A DNA stretch of 64,000 nt from Eledone cirrhosa (lineage: Eukaryota). The stretch lies in contig OZ024743.1 of NCBI GenBank assembly GCA_964016885.1, positions 236,344,001 through 236,408,000 on the forward strand, given 5' to 3'. This document shows, piece by piece, positions 1 through 13,384 of the stretch (its first letter is position 1; each line of letters opens with the position of its first letter). A program made the translations under genes and the position numbers. The notes below the pieces were generated by a model. That model did not search any database and had not been told where the DNA came from. It saw nothing but the letters and a program-made list of their open reading frames with translations.

Positions 1-1119
1 TCTCCCCCTCCTTCATCCTACTTATCCTCCTCTTCCCCCTCCTCCTCCTCCTCCTCTTAAGTCACTCCTCTGTAATACCTCACAACTTCTTGGTGGATTT
101 CTATAAACTAAAAATAAGAAAATATCTAAAGTATCGTTTCATGGACCAGGCATTGAAATTTGGGGAAATATGACACATTAATGGAAACTGGAACAAGGGT
201 AGATGTTGCGAGGTGGGGCTGTGTAATATAGAAATAGTGTAGATGTTGTGAGGTGGGGTTGTATAATGTAGAAAGAGGGTAGCTGTTGCGTTGTGAGGTT
301 GTTGTGTAATAGATGTTTGAACATCAATGGAAACACTTCCCTTGGTTCCAATCATCTCCTGATCTTTTTGATGTTAAATAAGAGAAAAAGAGAACATGGC
401 ACCATAGGAAAAATAAACCTGGCAAGAAAAATCTGATTTCATATTTAGATTTCATACGTAAAAATACATTTTAATTCTCATCAAAACAATTTTTCTTGCT
501 GTATATGTAATAAATGTTTTTAAATGTCTTGATATATTTTATTGAAAGGAGATTATAAAAATGTTTTATAAGCGAAAATATGAGGAATAAAATTTAGTAG
601 AATCATAACATCGTTAACCCAATAATAGGATGTAATTAAAGGAACATTATGGTTCATTATAATACAAACAGCTCTTCATCTAAATGTCCTTTACCCTGTT
701 ACTTCATTTCATATTTAGCTCCTTACAAATTTCTCTGTTGAACACAATTTAATTTGAATGGTCATAAGGCTGTTTTCCACCTACAGGCTGATGTAGAGAG
801 AAGGCCCATTCACACGGATAGACAGGCAGACAGACAGACAGAAAGTCAGATAGATAGATAGATAAATAGATAGATAGATAGATATATTTCTTTATTAGCC
901 GCAAGGGCGCACAAGAAAAGGGGACAATACAAAGACATGCCGGGGATTTTACATACAGTCGTGTAAAAAATATAAAAACAAACAATTACAACAATCGAAA
1001 TCCCAATAAGGGGGAGGCACCACAAATGGGTTGTTTAATACTCCGTCGATAGAACAACCCTCAACTCCAGGAGCGTGTTGTACAAGTGCTCCTTTCTTCC
1101 CTTTGCTCTCTTCTTCAAC

Positions 1120-4100
1120 CTACAGGCTTATAAACAGAGAAGGCCCAATCACTCGAGCCATTTTCGCTTCATTAACCAACCTTTCAGTAAATTTACTGGG
1201 GTGTAGTGCCTCTCTCTCCACTCTGATTCTCCTTCTAAAATGATACTTACAGAAGGGAATCAATTGTTGTCCGGAGAGAAAGGCATCTGTCCTCAGTCCT
1301 CTCAATCTCGTCCACCATATAACTTCTTTCACTATAGCCACCGTACAGAGGAAAACCGCCTCTCTTTCGTTTTTGAAAGAGGCTGGCGGTTTGATCCTTA
1401 CTATGGACTCGGCAGTCAACTAGATTTGTCCCATACGCGACAGTAGTTGTTCTGCATAGTTCCACAGGTCGGTTACGCCCGGTCAGTGTACGATTGCGTG
1501 CAGGACTGTTTCAACGTCCTGCGCGCATCTTGGACACGTCCTCTTGGAAGGATCACTGCCTGTAGATCTTGTCAAGAACCGGTAGAGATCCTAGGTAGCA
1601 CTGCCAGGCTAGGGACCTCTGGAAGTTGTCCACAGGTCCCGGGCGGAAAGTCCTACCAAACAGACTGGTGAGCTCATCGTCTTCGACGCCCAGAGTCTCT
1701 CCGAGCACGTCGTCGCCCTTGTAACGTACAATCCCTCTATAGAATGTCGAAGTGGAGTCTCCACTAATTGCTGCGCCCGCTTGCCAGAGGACTGTGAGCG
1801 CCTGAGCGCATTCAATGTGCCAGGCGCCCATCGTTTTCGGTCTTTCCTTGACCCAGGACTGCAGCCCGTCAGCGAGACGAGCTGTGGGAAAGCCTGTCTC
1901 ACAAACGGTGCCCACACAGGTTGTGGGTCGGTGAGGAATACCTGGAGATGACGCAGCCTCAGCGCATGTTTGCGCATCATCAGCCACGGCATTCCCAGCC
2001 CTCCGTTGGAAGGGTGCTGACAGCAGACGAATCTCCTCACCAGCGGACCCTGCTTCTTCCACAGAAACTGGAAGACCATGCGTTCCATCTTGGCGATGTG
2101 TTCACGGGGACAAGGCACGACAGTCAAGCGGTAGTAGATGACGGACGCTATGAAAGTGATCGCCACCTCCGCTCGACCTTTCAAGGACAGTTTGCACTCT
2201 GCCCACTTCTGGGTGAGTGCAAACACCTTCGCTGTGACCTCGTTCCAGTTTTTCTCCACCTGGAGGTCTGGACCGAACCAGACCCCGAGCAATTTCACCG
2301 GTCCGTCCAGCGTCCAGCGTCCAACGACGCTGTCGGACGTCATCGGTTTGCCTCTCCACGTACCGAGTTGCAAACCGACAGACTTGTCCAGGTTTAGTTT
2401 TGCTCCCGTCAGCGTTTCGTATTCTTTCAGTAAGTTGCCGATCATCCCGATTTCCGAGGTGCTCGACACCATTTTACCGTCACGTCGTCTACATAAGCCG
2501 ACGCCGCTTTGCGCAGTCCCGGTTCTAGAGGGATGCTCTGCAACAGATCCAATTTCCGCAGTAGTGGCTCTAGAGTCAATACATACAGAATGGAGGAGAG
2601 AGGGCACCCCTGTCGAATGGAAATCGTGATTGCGAACGGCTCCGATAGGTAGCCGTTCACCTTGACTCTCGAGCAGATGCTGGTGTGCATCGCCTCGATC
2701 CAGCCTCGGAACACGGGACCGAAACCGGCCGCCTTGAGAACCGCTTCCAAGTATCGATGGTCGACCCTATCGAATGCCTTAGACTGATCCAAATTGATCA
2801 GAGCCCCACCGACGCCGGGTGTACTACCCACCCGCTCTATGATGTATCGCATGAGGTGGAGGTTGTCGTGTATGGACCTGGTCGGGATTGCACACGTTTG
2901 CGCTTTCCCTACCAGGTTCTCGACGACAAGCGCCAACCTCGTCGCTAGCACCTTGGCCAAAATCTTTAACTCTGTGTTGAGCAGAGTTATGGGCCTGAAA
3001 TTGTTTATTTCCTCCCCCTTGTTCTCGTTTTTCCTGATCAGCGTTACTACGCTGCAGAACTGGGAATTCTCCCGTTCTGCTGCCAATTGCAGTAGACGGC
3101 TTCGAGGACGCCAGAGAACAAGTCCGGCATGCCTATGTAAAACTCATAGGGTAGACCATCTAGACCGGGTGACTTGCGTTTCCCGCAGCGGCCCCGAGCG
3201 TCCCGTATCTCAGTGTCCGTGATCGGTCTTTCGCAGAACTCGGCGTCCGTGTTCGAGAGACGTGGCAGGTCGTCGAGGTATGAACTAAAGTTCATTGCCT
3301 CGTTCGGCTCATCGTCGTTCTGCTCAAACAGTTGCGCAAAGTGCTGCTGAAAGGCCGCGCACATTTGCTTGGGGTCAAGTAGCACGCGTCCGTTTTGGTC
3401 TTTCAAAGACCGAATCGTGGACTTGTTGCCACTTTTTGCCTCCGCCACTCGGGCCCAGCTGACAGCTTTCGCTCCTTCGTTTCCTAGAGCACGTGTTTTG
3501 CTTCTGACCACGCAGCCTTTGTGTTTCGCATCGAAGAACTGGTCCAGTGCCGTTCTCGACGCTAACACTCTAGCCGCGTTGCCACTTCTAAGTGCCTCCT
3601 CTACCTTGGCTACTAGTTCTCTTTCTATTCTGTTTTTCTATAAGGCTAACTCTCTGCTATACCCTATCGATTCTATTCTAATTGCTTTCTTGAGAGAGTA
3701 CCACCATCTATTGTTGACGATGGTTCCCGTTAACTGTTGCTTGACTTATGTTACTTATCCTTTCACTGTAAGCTTTACGTGCCGGCAACGACGCGTTCAG
3801 CTTCCAGTATCCGGGTCCCTGTCTATGTGTTCTATTACGGTTGACTAAGCAGACGACTAATTTATGATCTGAATAGGCAACCATGTGCATTCGTGGACTG
3901 CTTAACATCTTCTTGTCCTTCTCTCTAATGAAGAACCTATCTAAATACGATCTAGATGTCCCGCTACGGTTTGCCCACGTCCACTGTGGTGCAGTCAGGA
4001 AATCCAGTCGATACCTATCGGCCAGTTGGAATTGGCCGATTAAAGTTTTGAGACTGTTGCACCCCGCTCTACTGGGACATGCTCCCACATAGTCCCATCG

Positions 4101-4532
4101 TGCATCTAGGATACCATTCCAGTTCTCCACTAAAAGTAAGGAGCGAGACGTTCCCAGAAAAGACTCTAGACGCTTAAAGAAGTCTGGCCGGGATTGCGAT
4201 TGCCCGGTCGGGGCATAAACGGACACCAGTCTGAAGGCTCCACCTCCAATACTGTTCACCTCCAATGGGTCCAAGTGTACTTGCTGTACTTCGACGTCCA
4301 GGTTCTTCCGAAACATGACAGCCACTCCACCCCCACCTCCTGGCTGACAGAGAGATGCGTAGATCTCACAGTCGTCGAAGATGGGGGTTAGTTGCTGCCT
4401 GTTGTAGATCCTGGACTCGGTGATGGTTATCACATCCATACTGTGTGACCTAAGGTCGTTTAAAAGTTGGCCCTGTTTCCAGGGCATCCTTAGGCCACGC
4501 ACATTCACGCATCCAACTCGTAAACTAGCCAT
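1120..4532 (-). pseudogene. ORF2 (APE endonuclease + reverse transcriptase + C-terminal CCHC) of Tx1 copy A, frameshifted
   Basis: Consecutive ORF pieces 3708-4532, 3047-3568, 2442-3086, 1609-2607, 1553-2062 and 1120-1419 in shifting frames. Confidence 0.92.
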
Positions 4533-4569
4533 GTTGGTGAAGAAGAGTTGGAGAAAAAGGACGAAAGGT

Positions 4570-6307
4570 GCACTTACCTTTTCGTTTCCTGGAGATCGGG
4601 TTGTTCAATCTCCATTTGCGTCCTGTGAAAATTTATTTTTTAGGTCATTATAGGTTTCCATAGAAACCCTTATAAGTTTAAGGTGTGGAGACGATTCTAC
4701 CTTGACGAAAGTTTTGCCCTCCGTCTCCATCTTGGGGTTTTGGGAGATGACCTCCATCAAATTCTTGTTGTTTGTGTTTTGTTGTGTTGTTTTAGTTTGT
4801 TGTTCGTCCGGGAGTTTTCTTCTTATGGTGGGTGCTTGTGTTTGGGGTGGTGTTGGTGTTGGTTTTGCTGATAGGGGGATGTTTGACTGTGGTGTTGTTT
4901 GTGTCTGTGGTTGTGTTGGTGTTGGTGTTGGTGATTGGAGTTTTGGGGGTTTTGTGGTGTCTCTTTTTTTGTTTTTTAGATTTCCGCGGCTTTCCCTCTT
5001 CTTCACTTAAAGAAGGAGAAGAAGTTTCATCCGTCGATGAATAATCATCGTCAGGTGTGTGGGGTAGGGGTATGTTGTGTGGTGGTGGTGTTTCGGTGTG
5101 TGTGTTTGTGGTAGTGTTTGATGGAGTGGGATGGGGTGATGTCTCTGTTTTTTCTGTTGTTGTTGGTTGAGTGTCTGTTTGTTTTGGTGTGGTTGCTCGT
5201 TTCGTCTGTCGTTGTACTTGTTGTGGTTGTGGATATTTTGGTGTTGGTGTTGGTAATAGTGTTTTTTTAATGATGTTGTTGTTGTGTGTTTGTGGACAAG
5301 AGGCTTTTAGGTGTGCTGTGCTACCACAGCGAAAGCAATGAAATTTTCGCCCTTCTACCGAAATGTTTATTTTGTTGTTATCATCGATGACGACTTTATC
5401 GGGTATTTTGGAGATTCTCTCCAGTTTCATTTGCAACAGAATCTCCAAATCAGTACCCGCCTACCTTTGTCGAATAGATTTTCGCATCGAAAGAATCATA
5501 TCAGTTTCTGACTCTACGAAGCCAGCCAAGATCCACCAGATGTTAATGTTTGGGGGTATATATATTTTTTTGTGTGTCCTTTTTCCCATGTATGTAGGGA
5601 AAAAGGTGTATGCTTTTGACACCATTGGTGTCACAGAATATTTTGGGGCAAGTGCCTCGCTTTTAAACAGTACGGAAACACTTCCGTACTGTTTTCCTCG
5701 CTGGAGAAAATCGATATTTGCTAGAATTTCCTTGAAAGTATCTTCTATATCTGCTTGGCTAACAAATGTCGGTTTTCTTGTGGAATTTGACACAGTCCTT
5801 GTGTCTTCCTTTATTTCAAGGGGTGAGTTAATTCTAAACCCACCTTTTTCTTCGAAAGTTACAAATTTTCTCCCTTGTTGGAGCATATCTCTTGCATTGG
5901 AGATATCAAGATTTATAAAATCTTGTTTTTTGTTCACTGTTTCAGCGAAAGACATTTTCTCTTTTTTTTGTGTGTGGTGTTGCTGTTGTTAGCCTCGGTG
6001 TTGGAAATCTCAGTTCCTTGACGAGGTGAAACATTATGTGTAGATGTATCTGTGGAGTTGTTGATGTCTTTTTGATGTGTAAGTATGTTAATGGGTTTAA
6101 TTCCTGTGTTTTCCTGTGTGTTATTGTTATTTTTCTCCGCTTCGACGGTAGAAATTTTAAAATCTTCAAATGGGAACATTTTTCCTCTTTGTTGACAGTC
6201 CTATCTATGACAACGTCCATAGTAGCAGAAGCAGATATAACGTTAATATCTGCCTCTTTCTCTCTCTTTTCTCTATTGACGTTCTCCAGCGTTCTTGTGT
6301 TGTTCAA
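4570..6307 (-). pseudogene. ORF1 (gag-like zinc knuckle, T/P-rich linker) of Tx1 copy A, frameshifted
   Basis: ORF pieces 5942-6307, 5461-5955, 4792-5448 and 4605-5006. CX2CX4HX4C motif. Homologous to ORF1 of copy B (YTFFPTYMGK shared). Confidence 0.8.
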
Positions 6308-6738
6308 GTTATTTAGTTTGTAAAATTTGATATTTTAAAACAATTTTTTTAATAAAATGTTCGCCCCTACAGAGGGGAAAAATGTGATTACCACCCAGCT
6401 GACAATTCAGCTTGGGGGTTAATCTACAAAATAATGTTTTTTCAAACAATTTGTTCTGTTTTTCGTATAAACATTTAGAAAAAATCTTACCGACGATGTT
6501 TCACGCGTCAGACAGAAAGATAGATATGTTTCTTTTTATTTGCCACAAGGGCATCAAAAGTGGGACAAGTACAATGGGGTGAGTAAAGAAAACAAATAAC
6601 AAATATAAAATTAACAATAAAGTCCTCAATAGGGAGGGGGCGTTTGGGGGGTCGCACACACCCCCGAAAAAAGTGTGCAACCCCTTCTCCTCAGGAGCAC
6701 AGAGAGAGGGTGCTCCCTCGTTCCTTCCTCTTTTCCAC

Positions 6739-9700
6739 CTACAGGCTGATGTAAAGAGAAGGCCCATTCACACGGGCCATTCTCGCCACTTTCAGCCACC
6801 TTTCATAAAAACGACTGGGGTGCAGCACCTCTCTCTCCATCCTGATCCTTCTTCCGAAATGATATCGGAAGAAACGGACCAGTTGTTGGCCAGAGAGAAA
6901 GGTGCCTGACCTCAGTCCTTTCTGACGCGTCCACCATACAACGACTTTCACCATGGCTATTACGCACAGAAACACCGCCTCTCCTTCATTTTTGAAGGGG
7001 GGAGGCGGCTTGATCGTTACAATAGACTCGGCGGTCAACCGGATCAGTCCCACCCTTGACAGCAGTTGTTCGACATAGCCCCACAGATCGGCTACGCCCG
7101 AGCAGTGTACCAATGCGTGTGCAACGGTTTCCTCGTCGCACACGCATCTGGGACAGATCTTTTTGGCGGGGTCCCTACCCGGGCGCTCGTGTCTGTAGAG
7201 CTTTTCTCGAACGGGTAGAGGCCCTCAGTAGCACTGCCAGGCCAGGGTCTTCTGGAAGTTGTCCATAGGTCCCGGGCTGAATGTCCTACCGAACAGGCTG
7301 TCCAGTTCGTCTTCCTCCATGTCTAGGGCTTCTCCGAGGGCGTCGTCGTCCCTGCTGCGTACCAGCCCTCTATAGAATGTTGCGGTGGAGTCTCCACTGA
7401 TAACCGGATCCGCCTGTCAGAGGGTGGTGAGCGCCTGGGAACACTTAGTGTGCCAGGCGCCCAGTTTTCTTGGTCTTTGCTTGACCCAGGATTGCAGCTC
7501 GGTGAGTGAGACGAGTCTGGGAAAGGTTCGTCTCACAAACGAGGCCCACACCGGTTGACCGGTGAGGAATACGTGGAGGTGCCGTAGCCTTAATGCGTGT
7601 TTACACATCATTAGCCACGGCATCCCCAGCCCTCCTTTCGAAGGGTGTTGACAGCAGATGGATCTCCTCACCAAAGGAGCCCTCTTCTTCCAAAGGAATT
7701 GGAAGAGTGCGCGCTCCATCTTGGTGAGGGTTTCCCTTGGGCAAGGCACGACGGTCAGGCGGTAGTAGATGACGGACGCTATATAGGTGTTCGCCACCTC
7801 CGCCCGACCTTTCAGGGATAGTTTGCAACTGGCCCACTTCTGGGTCAGTGCAAACACCCTGTTCGTAACCTCAGCCCAGTTCTTCTCCACCTGGAGGTCT
7901 GGTCCGAACCAGACCCCGAGCAACTTCACCGGGCCCTCCGTCCAGCGTCCGACGACGCCATCGGAGGGCATCGGTTTGCTCCTCCACGTGCCGAGTTGCA
8001 AACCGATCGACTTGTCCCGGTTCAGCTTAGCCCCTGTGAACCTTTCGTACTCCTCCAGTAAGGTGCCGATCGCCCCGATTTCGGAGGCCGTCGACACCAT
8101 TACTGTCACGTCATCAGCGTAGGCCGACACCGCTTTCCGCAATCCTGGTTCCAACGGGATGCCCTGCAACAACTCCAACTTCCGCAGTAGTGGCTCGAGA
8201 GTCAATACATACAGAAGGGAGGAGAGAGGGTACCCTTGTCGGATGGACCGCGCGATTTCGAACGGCTCCGAGAGGTAGCCGTTCACCTTGACTCTAGAGC
8301 AGATGCGGCTGCTGTGCATAGCAGTGATCCAGCCCCTAAAAACGGGTCCGAAGCCTGCCGCCGCTAGCACCGCATCCAGGTAACCATGGTCGACCCTATC
8401 GAACGCCTTACATTGATCCAAGTTGATCAGAGCCCCACCAAAGCCGGGTTCGTTCCCAACCCTCTCTATGATGTATCGCATGAGGTGGAGGTTGTCATGG
8501 ATGGACCTGGACGGGATAGCACATGTCTGCGCATCTCCCACCAGGTTGCCCACGACAAGCGCCAACACTTTGCTAGCACCTTGGCCAAAATCTGTAACTC
8601 TGTATTTAGCAGAGTTATGGGCCTGAAGTTACTTATTTCGTCCCCCTTGTTCTCGTCCTTCCTCACTAGCGTGACTACGCCCTTGGTCACAGAACAGGGA
8701 ATTCTCCCGTTCTGTTGCCAGTTGCAGTAGACCGCCTCGAGGAGATCGGGGAACAAGTCCGGCATAGCTAGATATAGTTCGTATGGAAGACCATCGAGAC
8801 CTGGGGATTTGCGTTTGCCGCATTGGCTCAGCACGTCCTCTATCTCAGCGGCCGAAATCGGCTCCTCGCAGGAATTCGCCTCCCTGTCCGAGAGACGCGG
8901 CAGGCCGTCGAGGTATGGACCGAAGTCCACATCCCCAACCGGCTCCCCGCCCCTTCCGAACAATCGGGCAAAGTGCCTTTGAAAGGCCTCACACATCTGC
9001 TTAGGTTCAATTGATCGCCCGTCCATCCTGATCTCGCAAAGACCGGATGGTGGATTTAGTTCCACTCTTGGCTTCTGTCACGCGGGCCCAGCTAACAGCT
9101 TTGGTCCCCTCGTTCCCTAAAGCACGTATTTTACTTCGGACAACGCAGCCTTCGCGCTTCGCGTCGAAAAACTGGCTCAAAGCCGTTCTCGACGCTAGCA
9201 CTCTGGCCACGTCGCCGCTTCTAATTGCCTCTTCTACTCTATCTATCAGCTCCCTTTCCTTCCTATTTCTATCCGCAGCTAGTACCTTACTAAATTCTAT
9301 CGAGACTAATCTAATCTCTCTCTTTAGATATACCCACCACCTGCTGTTGACGATCGCTCCAGTCAACCGCTCCTTAACTAACGTAGTAATCCGGTCCCTG
9401 TAAGCTTTACTTGCCGGTAAGGACAAATTCAGCTTCCAGTAACCGGGGCCCTGTCTATGCGTTCTATCAAGGTTGACCAAGCCAACCATGAGCACTACTG
9501 GACAACTTAAAAAGTCCCTGTCCTTATTTCTAACTAAAAACCTATCTAGGTACGATCTAGATGATCCGCTGCGATTTGACCAAGACCAGGTTGGCACCGT
9601 CGGAAAATCTAGTCGAAATCTATCGGCCAGGTCAAATCGGCCGAGTAACCCTTGAGGCTGTTGCACCCCTCTCTATCGGGACATCCCCTGCATAGTCCCA

Positions 9701-10148
9701 ACGTGCATCCAGGATACCATTCCAGTCCCCCACTAAAAGCAGGGAACGGGACGTCCCTAGAAAAGACTCCAGACGCTGGAAAAAGTCGGGCCGCTCTGTT
9801 CCAAAAGGGGCATATGCGGCTACCAGCCTAAAGGCTCCATCTTCACCACTGCCAAGGTCCAGCACCACCAGTCGACCCCCTGGGTCCAAGTGAACTATCT
9901 GTGTGGAAAGACCCAGATGTTTTTGCAGCAGAACGACAACCCCACCGCCACCTCCGGGCTGACAGAGAGATGCGTGCATCTCAAAGTCGTCAAAGGTGGG
10001 GGGCTAGCTGTCGCATGCTGCTGATCCGGGCCTCGCAGATAACCATCACATTTATAGATCGTGACCTGAGGTCATTTAGAAGCATTGCTTGCTTCCAAGA
10101 TGAACCCAGGCCACGCGCATTTAGACAACCTACTCTCAGCATAGCCAT
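6739..10148 (-). pseudogene. ORF2 (APE + RT) of Tx1 copy B, frameshifted
   Basis: ORF pieces 9990-10172, 9632-9979, 9007-9666, 8466-9065, 7417-8568 and 6739-7143. Confidence 0.92.
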
Positions 10149-10171
10149 GTTGGTGGTAAGGAGAAAAGGCA

Positions 10172-12079
10172 CTTACCTCTCTGCGTCCCTGGAAGCGGGC
10201 CGCTCAATTTTCATGCCGGTTGTGGATGGGTTGTTGGGTTGGGTGGCGGTTTGTGGAAGTGTAGGGGCATCAGTGTGTTATGGGGTTGGGGTGTTTGTGG
10301 TTGAGTGGGTCTCTGGGTGGGGGGAGAAGAAATTTTTTAGGAGGACACGGTTGATTGGCTTGGCGCAGGGGGGGGGGGGGGGGGAACGTCCTCCATGAAA
10401 TATATTTTCAACGTTTTATATAAGTTCATTGGGACTTTAATCATTTGTAAATGAGGTAGTCCACAGCAGTTATAAAGTTTGGACCGAAGGGTTTGACGAA
10501 ATTGTGTTCATTAGTTCTTTGTTGTCTGTGTTCATGTATGTATATTGTAAAGTCTTTTTTTGCGGAGCAGTTAGTGTTTTGTGACGGGGAGGGGTGGTTT
10601 GTATATAATTTGTGTTCTCTTGGGGAGGGTTAATGTTAACAAGTGTGTCTGTGGTGCGCCTCCTCTTCTTTCTTTTTACTGTTTGGAAGGGATCTTTTTC
10701 GTCTTGCGACGAAAGGGGTTCGTCTTCCTTGTTGGGTGGGAGGGGTATGTTTTCTGGTAGTGTTTGCAGTGTGTGTGTTTTTGTATTTGTTTTGGGTGGG
10801 GAGGGGGTGGGTGGGACAGTGTTCTGTGTTGTTTTTTCACGTGTTTGATGTTGTTGTTGTGGTGGTGGTGGTGTTGTTGGTTTTTGTTGTTGTTGTTGTT
10901 GTGGTTGTTTTTGTTGTTGTTGTTGTTGGGTGGTGTTGGTGTTGGTTTTTGGGGTGTTGGTAGCAATGTTTTTTTCTGTGTGAGCTGGGGACAGGCAGCC
11001 CTCAGGTGACCTCTATTGCCACAGAGGTAACAGGAGGGACGCTTACCCTCCACAATAATGTTGAGGTGGGTACGGTCATCCAGCATGACGCGCTCAGGGA
11101 TTTGGGCGATACGTTCTGGCCTTATTTGGGTCAGAACTTCAATGCTCGTTCCACTGAACGCGTCGCCGGATGCCTTCCCTATTGATATGAGGTTGTCCTC
11201 GTCAAAGTTGAGGAAACCGGTTAGTAACCACCAGTAGTTTATGTTTGGGGTGATGGTGGTTATCCATATTCTTTGGTTTTTTTTACCCATGTAGGTGGGG
11301 AAAAATGTGTAATGTCTGGAACGAATTGGCGACACAGAGTATTTTTTCGCCGCCAATTCGTCTTTCATCAATATGGATAAACTCCCATAGAGTTTATCCT
11401 TTTGTATGAAAATAATGTCTTTCATAGCCTCTTTCAGAACTAACTGAATTTCAGCTTGAGATGGTTGTGCTGGTTCTTTTGTTTTGTTGTCAATTGTACG
11501 GAATACAATTCCGTCTGTTTTTTTTTAGTTCTGGGGGCGAATTGATAGAAAACGATCCATTTTCGCCAAACGATACATATTTTTTTGCTTTTTCAAGCAT
11601 TTCTTTTGCATTTGATATATCTTCAAGCACATATGTGACTGATATTTTAGCAGTCTGCAAAAGATATTTTGTTTTCGTTGTTGGTGTTTGTATTGTTTTG
11701 TTTCTCGTCATTTGAGTTGTTTTCATTTTTGTTGTTGTTGTCTTTCTCGTTTGGTGTGGTGGTAGATGGATAGATAGATAGATAGATAGTTTTCATTTTC
11801 TGTATTTTTTGGTGTCTGTTGTGGGGTGTTATTTTCATTTTTTGTTGTGTGAATTTCCATTTCTTTACGAAAGGAAGTGTTTTCTACATATATATCTTTC
11901 TGTGTGTGGATACATGTGACGTTTGTGACGTCAGGCGTGTTCAGTTGCTTACAAGCAGCTAGCTGTTGAGGCGATGTTGGCCTTTCTTTGTCCATGTCTG
12001 CTACTACCTGCTGGTCAAGTAGGCATGGCTTTCTCTTCCCATCTTCTTGTTTTGGCAAAGAAGTAGGTGCTTCGGCCAT
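10172..12079 (-). pseudogene. ORF1 of Tx1 copy B, frameshifted
   Basis: ORF pieces 11723-12079, 11490-11726 and 10676-11425, the last with a CCHC knuckle. Confidence 0.8.
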
Positions 12080-12332
12080 TTTTTTTAAAATGTACTGTTT
12101 TGCAAAAATATTTTCGAAGATATTTTGGATGTTTTTGTCCTGAGGGGCACGATATTTTGGAGGACTGACCAGATCAAAATTTGACCTGTCAGTCCCTCTA
12201 CAAATTGGTATAAAATTAAAAGTTCACAATGACGAATTTCTAAGGAAATTTAAACAAAACTTACCGAGCAAGTTTAACACATATAGATAGATATAAGTTT
12301 AACACATATAGATAGATATAAGTTTAACACAT

Positions 12333-12415
<83 letters not shown>
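12333..12415. repeat. (TAGA)n microsatellite
   Basis: Direct reading. Confidence 0.97.
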
Positions 12416-12554
12416 TGTCAGTGTAATTAGATGATCTGACAAGCTGAGCAGCAATGAGGTTGATAATGATATCAATAAGAGAGTAAATCTCAAATTTGAG
12501 AAAATAAGTCAAGCATGAAGTTTAATAATAAAACATATCAGAAAATAGGGCAAT

Positions 12555-13047
12555 AGATCATAGGGTGGTGTTGGAGACTCATGACTGAGAGAGATATATC
12601 AGTAGATCATAGGGTGGTGTTGGAGACTTCTAGCTATGACTGAGAGGGATATATCAGATCATAGGGTGGTGTTGGAGACTCATGACTGAGAGGGATATAT
12701 CAGTAGATCATAGGGTGGTGTTGGAGAGTTCTAGCTATGACTGAAAGTAATATATCAGATCATAGGATGGTGTTGGAGACTTCTAGTTATGACTGAGAGG
12801 GATATATCAGATCATAGGGTGATGTTGGAGACTTCTGGTTATGACTGAGGAATATATCAGATCATAGGGTGGTGTTGGAGACTTACGACTGAGAGAGATA
12901 TATAAGATCATAGGGTGGTATTGGAGACTTACGGCTGAGAGGGATATATCAGAACATAGGGTGGTGTTGGAGGCTTACGACTGAGAGGGATATATCAGTA
13001 GATCATAGGGTGGTGTTGGAGAGTTCTGGTTATGACTGAGAGGGATG
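12555..13047. repeat. Minisatellite, ~45-52 bp unit (GATCATAGGGTGGTGTTGGAGAC...GACTGAGAGGGATATATCA), about 10 copies
   Basis: Direct reading of tandem units. Confidence 0.93.
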
Positions 13048-13197
13048 TAGCTGACGGAAGGTTACTAGTAAACTAGGAACGTTGCTACAGAACGTTTACT
13101 AACATTACAGTAGAATGTTGTGACAAACAAATGGTCGTTTTGCAAGGAAAGATATACAATTTTTCAGGAACATAGTTCAGAAAATATTTCGTTAGTT

Positions 13198-13259
<62 letters not shown>

Positions 13260-13268
13260 ACTCACCCA

Positions 13269-13320
<52 letters not shown>

Positions 13321-13384
13321 GTCTGTCTGTGTGTGAGAGGCTGTGTGAGAGAGATGTGTGTGTGTGTGTGGATAGATAGATAGA

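Larger units (their letters stand above)
883..6508 (-). mobile_element. Tx1/L1-clade non-LTR retrotransposon, near full length, decayed (copy A)
   Basis: ORF1 fragments with a zinc knuckle (CFRCGSTAHLKASC). ORF2 fragments carry APE endonuclease (NVRGL, SYLDRF, SDH, GPGYWKLN) and RT (KSPGLDG, NFRPITLLN, DQSKAFDRV, IRQGCPLS, AYVDD). The 3' end has AATAAA followed by (TATC)n. Confidence 0.93.
6525..12280 (-). mobile_element. Tx1/L1-clade non-LTR retrotransposon, near full length, diverged sister family (copy B)
   Basis: ORF1 with CYLCGNRGHLRAAC. ORF2 with APE (NARGL, GDWNG, SYLDRF) and RT (AYADD). Same 3' motif GCCCTTGTGGCAAATAAA followed by TATC. The 5' end abuts (TAGA)n. Confidence 0.93.

Noticed and set aside
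101-355. 84-aa ORF as a possible host exon
   Set aside because: No recognisable domain and no supportable exon partners in the window
12555-13047. CRISPR-like appearance of regularly spaced repeats (also 20500, 27925, 30878, 52085)
   Set aside because: The intervening sequences are themselves repeated, there are no cas genes, and the context is eukaryotic, so these are minisatellites
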